A DNA stretch of 64,000 nucleotides from Moniliella sp. 'wahieum'. Its lineage: Eukaryota. The notes under the pieces are model-generated. The model was not told the DNA's origin. It was given only the letters and a program-made list of their open reading frames with translations, and did not search any database. The position numbers were made by a program, and so were the translations under genes. The stretch is taken from contig RSEE01000142.1 in NCBI GenBank assembly GCA_003971905.1, positions 1 to 64,000 on the forward strand, written 5' to 3'. The first letter of the stretch is position 1. Every line of letters starts with the position of its first letter. This document shows, one piece after another, positions 1-12,050 of this stretch.

Positions 1-22
1 CCCTAACCTAACCCTAACCCTA
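1..22 (+). repeat. Telomere repeat (CCCTAA)n, chromosome left end
   Basis: The window begins CCCTAA CCTAA CCCTAA CCCTA, the canonical fungal TTAGGG telomere. One unit lacks a C. Confidence 0.9.
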
Positions 23-78
23 GGGGAGGGCCGAGGGTAGATAGCGAGCTACCCGAAGGGGAGAGAGTTATGCCGAGG

Positions 79-682
79 CGATAGCTCGCTACGAAATCGT
101 CCGCTCTATGCAGCATATGCCCTCCGTTTTCCCATCCGACGCCCCGTTCAAAAGTTACACCCACCCCACCCTAACCCTCACCCCCCTCACCCACCCCACC
201 CTAACCCTCACCCCCCTCACCCACCACCATGCTGACACACCCCCCGACACACCACCATGCCTGACACACCCCCCCGATGGCCTCGACGATAGCTCGCTAC
301 GAAATCGTCCGCTCTATGCAGCATATGGCCTCAGATTCCCATCCGACGCACCGTTGAGAAGTTACACCCACCCATCCCTAACCCTACCCACCCCGACCCA
401 CAACACCCACCCTCCGATGGCCTCGACGATAGCTCGCTACGAAATCGTCCGCTCGTTGCAGCATATGGCCTCCGTTTTCCATTGGACCACCCGTTCAAAA
501 GTTACACCCACCATGCCTAACCCTACCACCCCAGCCCACCACCCACACCCTCGATGGCCTCGACGATAGCTCGCTATAAAATCGTCCGCTCGTTGCAGCA
601 TATGGCCTCCGTTTTTCCATTGGACGCACCGTTGAGAAGTTACACCCCCCATCCCTAACCCTACCCACCCCGACCCAACCCT
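79..682 (+). repeat. Subtelomeric tandem repeat, 4 units of ~140-210 bp with embedded telomere-like motifs
   Basis: The core CGATAGCTCGCTAyrAAATCGTCCGCTC...GCAGCATATG...CCGTTsArAAGTTACACCC starts at 79, 287, 427 and 564. Each unit is followed by a C-rich tract containing CCTAACCCT. Confidence 0.9.
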
Positions 683-978
683 GGGGTGCCACGTTGTTAA
701 ACGAGGCAACAGACCTTGGGGGGCGGGCAATGCCAGCCGGGGTGGGGTGGTGGTGGTAAGAAACCAACCAGATCAATCGCCAGGCCACCGCATTCAACCG
801 CCGCTGGCTAACCCTACTATTTGAATTGCACCGATGCATGCGCGGCCGGCGCGGTCAGACAGAGCTTGTACGATTTTCACCAACCGGGCTCGCTTTTTTT
901 CACCTAGTCGTTTTTGGAACAAGGTGGGTGCCGATTTCAAATTGAAAATCACCAATTGATGCTGACAACATATGTCTA

Positions 979-1004
979 GGATTAACGAGACTCCCACTGT
1001 CCCT
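979..1004 (+). other. 26-nt fragment matching 28S rDNA
   Basis: GGATTAACGAGACTCCCACTGTCCCT against the conserved LSU sequence GGATTAACGAGATTCCCACTGTCCCT (25/26, recalled from memory). The flanks are not rDNA. Confidence 0.6.
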
Positions 1005-2887
1005 CACTGGTCAAAAGATCCGTCGCAGCCCTGATTGAAGCAACAAATAATCGGCACATCTGCTCCCCCCTCTCTCTTCGGAGAGAGGGGGGCTTTGTGT
1101 CCCCAAAGACAACCCTACCGAACCATACAGCAAATTCACTTTGATCCCCTCATCATTCCCCTCCTGTAAATCTCGGTCACGGAACCCTCTTGTAAGATTC
1201 CGACTTGTCGATGTACTGACTCTCCTGCCACTTGCGCGTGTGCTGACCCGTGCAGATACTAACTTGTGCATATACTGTTAAGGAAAGTAACCCGGGCACT
1301 ATCTTCGGGACTAGCACCGGAGTTGTGTTTAATTTCCCTTGCAGCACCGGCACCAGACTTCTCTCGCCCTCCTACAGACCAATGCATGCTCTCATATCTC
1401 TCCTTAATCTGCCACTACCCCTATCCGCGGCCATAGAACTGTGAATTCACCGCATCTCGGCCGATATAAGAAGGTCACCGAAAGATCTCGCCCATGCATA
1501 CAGTCATTATATACCGCAGTAAAAGAGGTACATGTGGGAATTTCGGTGCCGCCATTCTTTTTTGCCACCTACCCCTCTCCAGCTGCGCCCCGCACCTTCT
1601 GTGACTGCCACACGCAGTCCCCGTCCAGCGCTCCCTTCCGTACTAAGACACCCCGTCCCCACCGCCCACTGCCAATGAGCAGCTACATCTCATAGCACTC
1701 CCAACTTTGCATGCTCGCCCCTTCCGAACGAACACCGCCCCCCGTAGCCACGCTATCCTGCTCCTAGCGTCACTTCGTACTAATACCACTTGGACGTAGC
1801 ACCAGCCATACTGGAGCCATCCTGTTCTTCCCTTGTTAATGGTGTGGCTACGGATATATTCCAAACACTTGTCTCCATGTCATAAACAGATGGCGATGCG
1901 ACTATTGTCATTGTGCGCGTTTTGGGGCCCTCCAATTGTGTGTGTGCAGTGCTGGATACCTTGTCCATGCCTTAATAATGTGGCACGGTGTCGCCGCCGC
2001 TACCAATGATACGCGATTATAGCGACACCTATGCATGGTATGTCTGCACCGCAGCGCACGTGCGTTTTAACGACGCTCACTTGCCCCATCTATGCCTCAG
2101 ATTATCCCCACCGGCATGGGGCGCGTGCTAGCGTGAGAAAAGGCAGGCACTGCTCTACTTGAGGATGGGCATCCGCCTTCGCAAGGAACGTGCGCCCACC
2201 ACTCTCTCTTTGGCGGGGTCTGTACAGAAGGTCCTGGCTGGGCTTGGCCAGGAAGGGACGTGATGCCAATACAGTGTCCGAGATCCACCCACTTGATTCA
2301 GCGACTAAGCGCCATCTCTGGGTGGTAGCAAGTTGCGCCTGGCCAGTACGGCGGGGACCTTTTGGAGCCACATTTGCATCGTGCAGGGTTAGAAGACACC
2401 TCCCACTCACCTGGCGCTGGACCCAGACGTCGTGTGCGACCCTTTAGCCCCATCCAAGATCTTGCGGGGAACGGATCACCGAACGCCAGGAACTTCAGCA
2501 CAGCACACAAGTCGTGCTCACTTCGATGCGTCCGTCCAACGCGAGTAGTTCCCTACGTACTCATGGGTGCAGCGTCTTTTTTGTGCCGCGTACATATGGT
2601 CTGCTTGGTTCCCTATCCGCCAGATGGACAGAGCCCCTGCATATCGGTAGCGCCCCATGGGTACCGGCACTTACCATTTCTCAACGCGGCCGGCGATGTG
2701 GGCGACGAAGCAACCTGGATCCCTTTGTTGCGTCGAATGCTGGAGGGCCCCACTGGGACTATCTAGGCCAGCTTTCAGTGGAAATAATGGTGGTGGTTTC
2801 TCGTCTGATTGGTAGTTGTGAGATCTAGACCCTATAGTTACCGCGCGAATGCCAGCAGGCCACGTGTTCACCTCCTGCCCCATGGCT

Positions 2888-3036
2888 TGTACAGCCCTCT
2901 TCGCCACCACCTCTCCTTCCCATTCCCTTACCTCTCGCTCACCTCGTTACTTGATTATCACTCGCGGATAGCTCTTACTTGAGAAACTATTATAGGCAGT
3001 GTCTCCCAGGTCAGAGAGTCTTTAGACGTCGCTACA
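2888..3036 (-). mobile_element. Degenerate solo-LTR-like remnant (related to 36458-36585)
   Basis: The minus strand starts TGTAGCGACGT and contains GTAACGAGGTGAGCGAGAGGT. Both are shared with the + strand copy at 36458. Confidence 0.35.
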
Positions 3037-3580
3037 GTGGTCCACACAAAATGGGAGAGTCTCGGTGACTGTGACGTGCGAACCCTGGCTGTCAGGCCAG
3101 CGCAGCGCGAAGAGGCGAGCATTGGCCGCCGGGCCGGCAGCACCTCTACCCACGTCCGTTTTCTCGCTCCCACAATATGGCTTTGACTCGCGCCTCCGAC
3201 GAAAAAGGAATGAGGAGTGAGCGAATGAGAAGAGACTTATTGACTCGCAACCCCCGACGTTCGAAGAAAGTCGGGGGGGCGTGTGAGCAAAAACCCACTT
3301 GGATAGTATGCCTAAAGACTGAAGGAAGGAGGATCGTGCCAATTATCCAGTCCCCGCTCCAAGGTTGGTCGGCACGGCGTGGGCCTAACGCCGATGGTAT
3401 GCGCAATGACCGAAGAAGAAGAAAAGGGCGTACCTCTTCATTGCTTTAACGTGGCAAGGAGAGATGCGCGCTCGGGGAAACATGCACTTCTTCACCTCCT
3501 CCTCAGATGTGAGAGGGAGGGAAGCCGTTCCTTTAACCGGAGAACGTTGAGCGTCGGACCACATCTGGGTTAATACTCTC

Positions 3581-3644
3581 AGTTTGGTTCGATTCTAGTT
3601 TGGTTCGGTCCTAGTCTGGTTCTGTCCTAGTTTGGCTTGAACTG
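3581..3644. repeat. 16-bp minisatellite x4 (AGTTTGGTTCGGTCCT-like)
   Basis: Units start at 3581, 3597, 3613 and 3629. Confidence 0.75.
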
Positions 3645-4829
3645 CTTTATGGGCAAACCGACTTCGTGGTCTAACCTGCATGGTTCTTTTGTTTGGGTTA
3701 CCTTTCTTTTTTTCCCTACTTTGCGTATAAGTAGGATGACCCCTCGCGGGTACAATGCTATTCTTCACCACAGCCACCCTGTTTGCCTTACCTGATGGTA
3801 TAGACTCCGCTTCTTCATAGCATGCTTGATGAGGAGATGCGTGGTGTCATGGGCGAAGACCCGGCTGGCACATATGCGCTCCCTTCGCTTTCCGAGGCTA
3901 GACGCCAGGTTGTTCATCGAATGTGCGCCGATCTCAGCTGAGGCCAGCAATATAGGCTCCCAAATCGAACCCATTCCGATCGTGGCTAGCCAGACCACCA
4001 GCACGATCACCAGTTCTAGATACCCGCGCTTCAATTGTCGCATCTTGCCCAAGTGGGTCGGTAACCACCGCGTGGCCACCCAATTGTCAGTATTCTCTTT
4101 TGCGACAATAGTCGCCCCCTGCCCGTTAACCTTGCATTCTAGGCTGGCCGTGTGGCAATCCCCCCCTCCCACCTGTTCTTCACTGTCCCTTTTCTTCACC
4201 TATCGCGTCGTTTCCCTTCTAGTCCCTGTCTGTATGCAATATGATTTGTAGTTTTCCCCCACGGCCATTGGCGTTCCTCTACTGTCCTCCAATTCATCAA
4301 CTCAGGACAGGCAAGACAAGCAACTTCTCCTCTTAGCTGCTCCTCCACTTCTCAACCCCGCTCACCAGCTCCCGCACCTCGCTCTCGGCATCTCATCCAA
4401 TCCATCAGTCGCGTGTGCCCTCCTCGCGCCACGTCGAAAGCCAGTCCGATCGCTGCCACTTTCCGTCCCTGAACCGAAGGCTTCGGACACGTTACAACCA
4501 CCGAAGCTGGTGCTACGCATCCTTGCCACGCTTGCATCCGCCTATACTATACGCCGGGAAGCATCCGCTTGTTCCTATTCAGTAGCCCCGCTCGGATCCA
4601 CCAAATCAGCCCAAGCGCGTAACTACCTGAGTCGACCTTAGGACCTCCTTGAAGGGATTGCATCCTGTATCCAACCCATCTGCCTCCCATATAATCCTCC
4701 TCCAACTCGCGTGTCATGACAGTAATCGATCGCTGAAGATCCAATATGGGAACGCAGCCCGCCTGACATGTTTGCCATCATGCATGTACTGCGAATATAT
4801 ACGCCGAGCGGCTGTCCGGTATGGAAATG

Positions 4830-4849
4830 ACGCGTGACGCGTGACGCGT
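4830..4849. promoter_or_regulatory. Three tandem ACGCGT (MCB-like) sites upstream of PIF1
   Basis: (ACGCGTG)x3 lies about 110-130 bp before the probable ATG at 4957. ACGCGT is the MluI cell-cycle box of fungal G1/S genes. Confidence 0.5.
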
Positions 4850-4956
4850 GACGAGGGACGAGGTGGATCTGCTAAATTGGCGGGGGGGCGGAACGGGACG
4901 TGTCTCCATTCTGCCTGGTCGCTCCGCCCGGGGGCAGGCGGCCCTTGAGCTACGCG

Positions 4957-7900
4957 ATGAGCTTGCCGCCACCACTGCTGCCTTCCATGGGTCGCCCGCC
5001 ATCGCCCGTCCCATTGCGCTCGCCCGCCACCTCGCACAAGCGCAAGCGCGCTCCATTTCCACCTCCACCACCCCCACCACCATCCCCACCACCTCCAACG
5101 ACGACGACGAGTTTTCCGACGACGGCGTCGACTGGGACGCATGCATGCATCTTTGCCTCTGCCCACTGTCCCCCAACCGTCCCCATTGGCCCCATAGGCA
5201 GCATCCAGCGCACACCCGCCTGCACCTGCCGCTGCACCTGTGGTGCATGGCAGACGTCCCAGCCTCAAAGGGCATCCTCACCTTCTCTCCGCCGCGCGTC
5301 CCCTCCCTCCGCCCCCCGCCCTTCTGCCCTCCCCCAAGCGACGGCGCACCTCTCCTGATCCTCCCCCTCCTTCCCCTCCTCCAGCCACCACCGCCGTCGA
5401 CCCGCCCGCATCCCATCCCACCCGCGGGCTCAATTCCCCTGCCGACGCCGCCCCCACTCCCACACTCCAGTCCCAGACCCAGGCCCAGGATGCGAGGAGC
5501 GTGACCGACGTGGCCAAGGTGACTGTCAACCCCACCGTCCCCACAGGCCCCGCCGCCCCTCCACGCCCTCCATCCCCGCCGTCCCCGCCGTCCCCACCGC
5601 TCTGGCCGCCCCCACCGCTCCCGCAGCCCCCATCGCTTCTGCAACCCCCACCGCCCGCAACCCCACCGCTCCCGCAACCCCCACCGCTCCCGCAACCCCC
5701 ACAGCTCCCGCAGCCGCGCCCGAGCTCTCGCTCGAGCAAAAAGCTGTCCTCCACCTCATCCGCACCCGGCACTCGTTGATGTTCACCGGCGGCGCCGGCA
5801 CGGGCAAGTCGGTGCTGGTGCGTGCGGTGGTGCAGGAGCTGCGCAAGCTCTACCCCTGGCGCGATGCCGTGGCCGTGTGTGCAATGACGGGCTTGGCCGG
5901 GCTGCACATTGGCGGCCAGACGCTGCATGCCTGGGCCGGCGTGGGGCTGGGCAACAAGCCACCAGACCAGCTGGTCCAAACCGTACTCCGAGCACGTGCC
6001 AGTCGCGCGCGCTGGATTGCGGCGCAGGTGTTGGTGGTGGACGAAGTGAGTATGCTTGATGCCGTCTTGTTTGACAAACTTGAGTACGTGGCGCGCGAGG
6101 TGCGCCAGTGCCCCAAGCCGTTTGGCGGGATCCAGTTGGTGTTGGTTGGCGATTTTTACCAGTTGCCGCCAGTCATTACAACGCCCATTTTTTTGGCCGA
6201 CACGATACCCAAATGCGCCTCAAGATCGAGTACCAAGCGCTGTGCCAAACCTACGAGTCGCGCTACGTGTTTGATGCTAAGCGATGGGCGAAGTGTGGCC
6301 GCGCACTGTCATCTTGACCCACGTCTTTCGCCAGGCCGATCCAACGTTTGTGGAAATGCTCGAGCAGACGCGGCGCGGCGCGTTGGAACCCAGCACGATT
6401 TCCAAGTTTTATCGCCTTTCCCGGCCACTACCCGTAGACGATGGCATCATTCCCACCGAACTCTATTCGACACGCTCCCAGGTGGGCGATGCCAACGCCA
6501 GTCGCTTGGCGGCTTTGCCGGGGCCGACGCACCGCTACGTTTCCCAAGACCTAAGTTTTGTCCACGAGCGGCGTAAGCCATACCAGGCCCATTCTTCGGG
6601 AAGTGGACGGCCGGGGGAGGATGGTGCGGGATCGGACCCCGTCAAGGAGTACCTCGACAAGCATTGCATGGCGGCACAACTGGTTGAACTCAAGGAAGGC
6701 GCCCAAGTCATGTTGATCAAGAACTTGGTCAATGGCTTGGTCAATGGCTCGCGCGGCATTGTTACCGGTTTTGTTGATCCATCCAACGGCACCGCCACGC
6801 GCCACGAGTCGGGGGGCTGTATTGGGTCGAATCGGCAAGCAAGGCGGAGCGCCGGACTAGGTTGGTCAAACGCAAAGTCCGCAAAGTGCGACGCGTTTTC
6901 CCCACCGCCCTACCGTTGTTCCGTCTCGTTCTCCTTCCCCTTCAGCTACAGGTACGGTTCTGCTACACCACTAGTACGGTCATTGGTACTGCCACCAGTA
7001 CTGCTACCGCATCTGCTTCGGACGCAGGGGCGGTCGTGGCTACCTTGTCTCGACAGAACCCTACCGATCCCATCGATTTGTCCAGTGAACCGGACCGAGG
7101 TCTCACCACCACGGCTCCTCCCTCCTCCCTGCCCCCGAACCAGCCCGCATGTCGGGTGTAGAACCCAAATCGGGAGCGGGAACAGGAACGGGAAAGGAAC
7201 GGGATCGACGGGCGCATTGTTGACCGGGACCGAGGCAGCAACGGCCATCCCGCTCTCGCCTCACACTCACACCCACACCATACCCATTCCCACACGCATG
7301 CCCAGTACACGGACCACACCACAAGTGGGGCCCACCTTGATCGCACCGATCCCCATCCGCCTATGTCGCCGCAGCGGGATCGGCAGGGCGTACCTGGGAG
7401 TACGAAGAGTACGAGACAGAAGAGGAAGTGGTGGAAGAAGAGCCGCTACGACATATTGAGGTGGCCACCGCTGCTGTAGGCGGAAACAAGGCTGACGAGA
7501 CGCGGCGGCCCGGTGGGGGGGCAGGGGTGGCAGGGTATGCTTTCGCGTGCATCCCGCGGCAGAGGCGGCAGTGGCGTGGGTGGCGGGTGGCGGCGGCAGT
7601 GGGGCGGCAGTGGTAGAGCGGTTGCGACGGGCGTGGTGGGGAGCAATGAGCGGGCATGGAGGGCGTGCAGCCCGGCACACTCTACCCGCTGGTGCGTTTC
7701 GTGACGGGCGCCACGCTACTGGTGGTACCACTGAAATTTGAGGTCGAGTCGTTGGTGGGTGGGGCAGAGGCCAGTCGGGTGCAAGTCCCACTGAGTCTGG
7801 CCTGGTCGCTATCGATCCACAAGGCCCAAGGCCAGACCCTCGATAAGTGCAAAGTCGACCTGAGCCGCGTGTTTGAAAAGGCCCAGGCATACGTTGCCTT

Positions 7901-8285
7901 GTCGCGCGCCCGCTCCCTCGACGGCCTGCAGGTCGAAGGCTTCGACCCGAGCAGCGTCCGTGCCGACCCGCGCGTGCTTGCGTGGGAAGCAGTGTCTTAG
8001 CAGGGCCCAATTGGCTCGCTGAGGCCCAGGCGACGTTGAAGCGGGTCGAGGCGGTCCAGCAGTCACTCCAGGCGTCACCCGCGGCGCCAGCCACGCCAAT
8101 GACGACGGCAGCCACAACGGCCACGGGACGACGACGGCGGCGGCGACGACAGCGAATGCGACGACAGCAACGACAGCGAAGGAGACAATGGCCAAGGAGA
8201 CGACAGCGACGACAGCGAAGGCGACGACGACGATGTCCAAGCCGCGGCGCCCGACCGAGATTGCATCTCGGACACGGACGACTAG
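4957..8285 (+). CDS. PIF1: Pif1-family 5'-3' DNA helicase (several apparent frameshifts)
   Basis: Motifs LSLEQKAVL, FTGGAGTGKS, GGQTLHAWAGVG, VVDEVSML, PFGGIQLVLVGDFYQLPPV, LTHVFRQAD, GAQVMLIKN..LVNGSRG and QVPLSLAWSLSIHKAQGQTLD...QAYVALSRARSLDGLQ occur across successive frames. An acidic tail ends at TAG 8283-8285. The start is approximate. Confidence 0.9.
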
Positions 8286-8504
8286 GCAGAATGGACAGGA
8301 ATGGATTGGATTGGCTTGGCTAAAAGTACCGTTGTCTGTTGGGGAAAGGTAGATCGGAAGATTCGCTTTTCGGCCACTGTCTTCTGCCGCGGGTGCTCGC
8401 ATCGCCCAGGTGGCGAGCCAACACCTCCACCTCCACCTCCACCTCCACCTCCGCCAGCACCACCTTTACATTTTACCTCTGCCACCTCGAGTGCTGCGGC
8501 CACC

Positions 8505-8800
8505 ATGTCGCTCGCTGCGCTGGGCGCTTGCGCCGGCCCGATCTACGCCATTTTTCTCGTCTGTGCCTTCTCCAGGACCGCATCGGCACCCACGCCCATG
8601 CGCGACCCACACCTACGCCTCCGTCACCGATGTCTCCGTCATTGCCCGCTTCCCGCCTGCTCTTTCCCAATGCCATCCAGTGCATGACCAGTGCGCTGTT
8701 CGGTGCCATCTACCTCCTCCCAAGGTGCCGGTGGTGCGCGGCCAGAGCAAGGAATGGCCACAGTAAGTATGATGGCGAGCGGCGCAGTGGGTCTGACTAG
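8505..8800 (+). pseudogene. Truncated N-terminal fragment of HUT1/SLC35B1-like UDP-galactose transporter
   Basis: GCCACCATG start. With frame changes it reads MSLAALGACAGPIYAIFLVCAF-LQDRI...ARFP..LFPNAIQCMTSALFGAIYLL, resembling TM1-TM2 of Hut1 (CxxGIYxxFLxWxxxQE...F..P...QxxxxxxxGxxYL). It stops at ~8800. Confidence 0.5.
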
Positions 8801-9055
8801 TAAGTAGGGAAGCTATCATATCCTCATGTCACAATTAACACATGTGCCTACTACTCAGATGAAGCGATCGATGAAGGATTACCGATTACCAAACTGTGGC
8901 AGGCTTACAGGCGTACAGGCTTAGTATTCATCTCACCATAACCACTGACCCCACGTACGGCGATGACATTTGCCATATCATAAGCTTCGAGAAGAAAGGA
9001 GCGGTGGAGGGGGGGCACGTGCCAGGCGCCGCAAGGTGGTATCCGTAGTGTGGTG

Positions 9056-12050
9056 CTATGGGCGGGGGACGCGGTGTGGTGGCAAATGCGAATCTAACAA
9101 AGGGGCAGGCCGTAATGGTGAGATGGAGATGGGAAATGGGAAATGGGGAATGGGAAGGGAAAGCAATGAGTTTTGGACGAAAGCTGGAGGGAAACTGGAG
9201 GAAATAGATGCGCTGGGGCCGGGGGGTGCCGGTAATGTGGAGGGTAAGTTGCGCGCAGTTGTGAAGTGGGAATTAAGAAGGGTAGTAGGGAACGTGGCAG
9301 GAGAGCAGGCGTTGCGAGGAGACAGGGGGAACTTAGGGAGCACGGGGAAGACACAAGACAGACCAAAAAAAGGTCTCGCCAGAGGGGTAGGTCACTCAGG
9401 AACCCGATTCGATCGAGTTTTGACACCCGGCACAAAGCCCAGCACCACGCCCATTCGTTTGCGGTACATCGGGTCCGACCATGTTAGTGGTAGTGGTACG
9501 GGGGGAGGGGGGGGGGGGGGGGGGTAATAGGCACAGCATGATGCAAAGTGCATTGTAGTATTTGGGAGAGGTGGGTCACTTTTTCCATAATTTGAGCATG
9601 GCCTACCCCGGCGCAAGCTACCACGGATGCGGGGTGGAGCGAAGAGGCAAGCTTCGCTTGGGTTTGATGGGCGTCCGAATTGGGAGAAGGGTGACGGAGC
9701 AAGTGGGGGAGGGAGGGCGGCGCGTTGAGTAAGGGAGGGCCACGCACTGGGATATGCGTTCCTGTGGAGCGGCCTGCGCAGCTGGTGGAGGAGAAGGCAT
9801 GTCTCATCTGGGCTGGGGATGGGGTGGGAGTCGACGCTGAAACTGGTTCGGACGAGCGGGGGCGGTTGCAACAGCTGGGCGGGCAGAGTTGCGGGAACTA
9901 AAGAATAGTGGCTGCACCGTTGATCGCCGAAGGCGCGGCAGCGTGGGGAGGGAAGTGGGCTTCTCGCTGTTGGGCGGGTCACGAGCCGTTGTCGGCTGGG
10001 GCGAGTACGAACAAGGGAAGTGGGGCGAGAGAGGGGTAAGCGGCGAGGGAGCAGGAGCTCTGGGAGGGAAAGGTCCGGATCAGCCAGGGGGGAAGCAAGT
10101 CCGTCGCCCATTCGCAGACCGTTCCATCCAGTAGGGGGCGGCGCCAAGGGGGTGGGCAATGGTCCCGGGCGAGGACCTAGTTTGCGTCGTCCCAGACTCC
10201 GCAGCGGGCGTACGGGTCGCGAGAGCGTGCCCAGCGTGCTCGGACCGACGCCGCAGTTCCATGGGGCGATGCGGGTGAGAGAGGGAGAGGATAATGGGGG
10301 TGAAGAGGCCACGGCTCCCGGAATGGGCGAGGAAAGCGGGAGCAGCAAGGGCAGATCAAAGGGCAATGCAGTGATGGAGGGGCTGCTCGCGACGGGGGGA
10401 GACAAGTCCGAACAGCTCAGTTGGGGAGAAGGGACCATGGAGACGGTTTCACGCCGGAACGCCTCGCCCAAAGAAGCAAGATGATGGGCCAAATTGAGAA
10501 CAGAACTGGAGGGATTGGTGGGGCCAGGTAGGTGGGCGACGGGAGGCGCGTCGTCACTGGGTGAGCAAACCAGTTCTTCCCATCCTTCCCTCTCCAACTC
10601 TGGGGAGGATAAGACGGATGTGGTGTGCTGTCTCTTGTCAGCATCCGGACGGGAAATGGGAGCGGGAAGGAGACGCCTCTTTTCCGAGAGGTCTGCGCTC
10701 GGTGATGATCGGTAGCGACGGGCGACGTGAACGTGTGCCGCTGGCAGGCCTGCTTCTCCAGGAGGTGGTAGGGGGTGGTGAGGCGTGTGGGGACGACAGA
10801 TCAAGGCTTCTACTCTTGCTGTTCTCTTCGGGAGAAGGGGTGGGCGCCCGAGGAGGTCGTCGTGCCCTCCTGAGCTACCCATCAGGAAAGGAGAACGATC
10901 CAATGGCGAAAACAGCCGCCTTCTACTCTCTCCTCCCTGAATGGCGATTGTCCAACCCGTAGCCAAAGTGAAAGAAGAGGAACGGGAGAGGCCGGCGCCC
11001 GCCCGCACATTGCCACGTTTGTAGCGAGGGTCGATGGGAAGCGGGGGATGAGTGGAGATTACTGAGCGAGCGAACCTTGGGGGTGATACGCTCTTTCCAC
11101 GAAGAAGAAACAGACGGCGGGGCCATCTTCTCCAAAGATCGGACGGGAGCGAGTTTGTTGTATCTGGGGGCGGGAGCGTGCCCTGAACCGGAAGGACAGC
11201 TTGGGACGTCCCCGGTAAAGAGGCGAAGGGTATGGAGCGGAGCGGGGGAGGGGGCTGGCAGGCGGGGTGCCTTCAGCTGGCTGGGGGTGAGCAGTTCTTC
11301 TGAGGACGCACACTATCCCGAGGGGAGGAGGCCAGTGGTCCTTGGCAAGGCCCAGGCCACCACGTTGGAGAGGTGAAGGCGTAGGCAGAATAGCAAGTCT
11401 GTCCGGAATGATGTTGGCAGAAAGGGGAGAGGAGGAGAAGGGGGTGTTTGAGGGAGGCATGTGCAGGGGCGAGGGAAAGCACGGCAAGCAACTCTGTCAA
11501 GGGCGTGCCGGGTGGCCAAAGAGACAAGGTGTTGCGCCTCGTTCATCTTCCATGTCCACACGCGCGCCTGCTTCGAGAAGAAGACGCACCACCTGGGGAT
11601 GGCCATTGGCCACAGCCAAGTGCAGGGGGTTGCTCCAACAGGGATGACAACGGGTGCAGTGGGAGGGAGGGCAGGCAACGAATGCTGCGGGCGGCGTGTG
11701 GGAGGTTGGGGGTCGGCGCCATGGGCAAGTAGGAGTGCAACCACGTCTGCTGCCGGCAGCGGGCAGCATGCAACGCGCGAGGCCCACATGGTCTGGTCGG
11801 CGTCGGCGTGATGGAGGGCGGCGCGCACAGCGGGCACGTCGCCCGCCAAGGCGGCGGCGGCAAGGCAGGTGTGCTGGGCCCGCCGGACGGCGGGCCAGAG
11901 GAGGGCGAGGGCGGGGCGGGGATGGTGAGGGCGGACGGCGGGGACCGCGGCGGTGGTGGAGGGGCAGAAGACGGAGGGCGCGGAGCAGCTGGTAGCGGGC
12001 ACCGAAGGCGTCGGAAGCGCTAATGCCCCCGCGTCGTGTCTGGCGCCGAG
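9056..12050 (-). CDS. Ankyrin-repeat protein with long Pro/Ser-rich C-terminus (boundaries approximate, frameshifted)
   Basis: Ankyrin consensus GATPLHLAVANGHPQVVRLLLEAGARVDMEDERGATP (~11530-11640), plus AAALAGDVPAVRAAL and DVVALLLAHGADP. Long low-complexity minus-strand ORFs lie downstream (9392..11008). Confidence 0.65.

Noticed and set aside
79..682. CRISPR-like repeat-spacer array, or coding ORF 108..569
   Set aside because: The context is a eukaryotic subtelomere. Units are long, spacers are mutually similar and C-rich, there are no cas genes, and the ORF merely translates the repeat.
1010..4300. Intact transposon or reverse transcriptase in the subtelomeric zone
   Set aside because: No recognisable RT, integrase or DDE motifs in any frame, only short stop-ridden ORFs.
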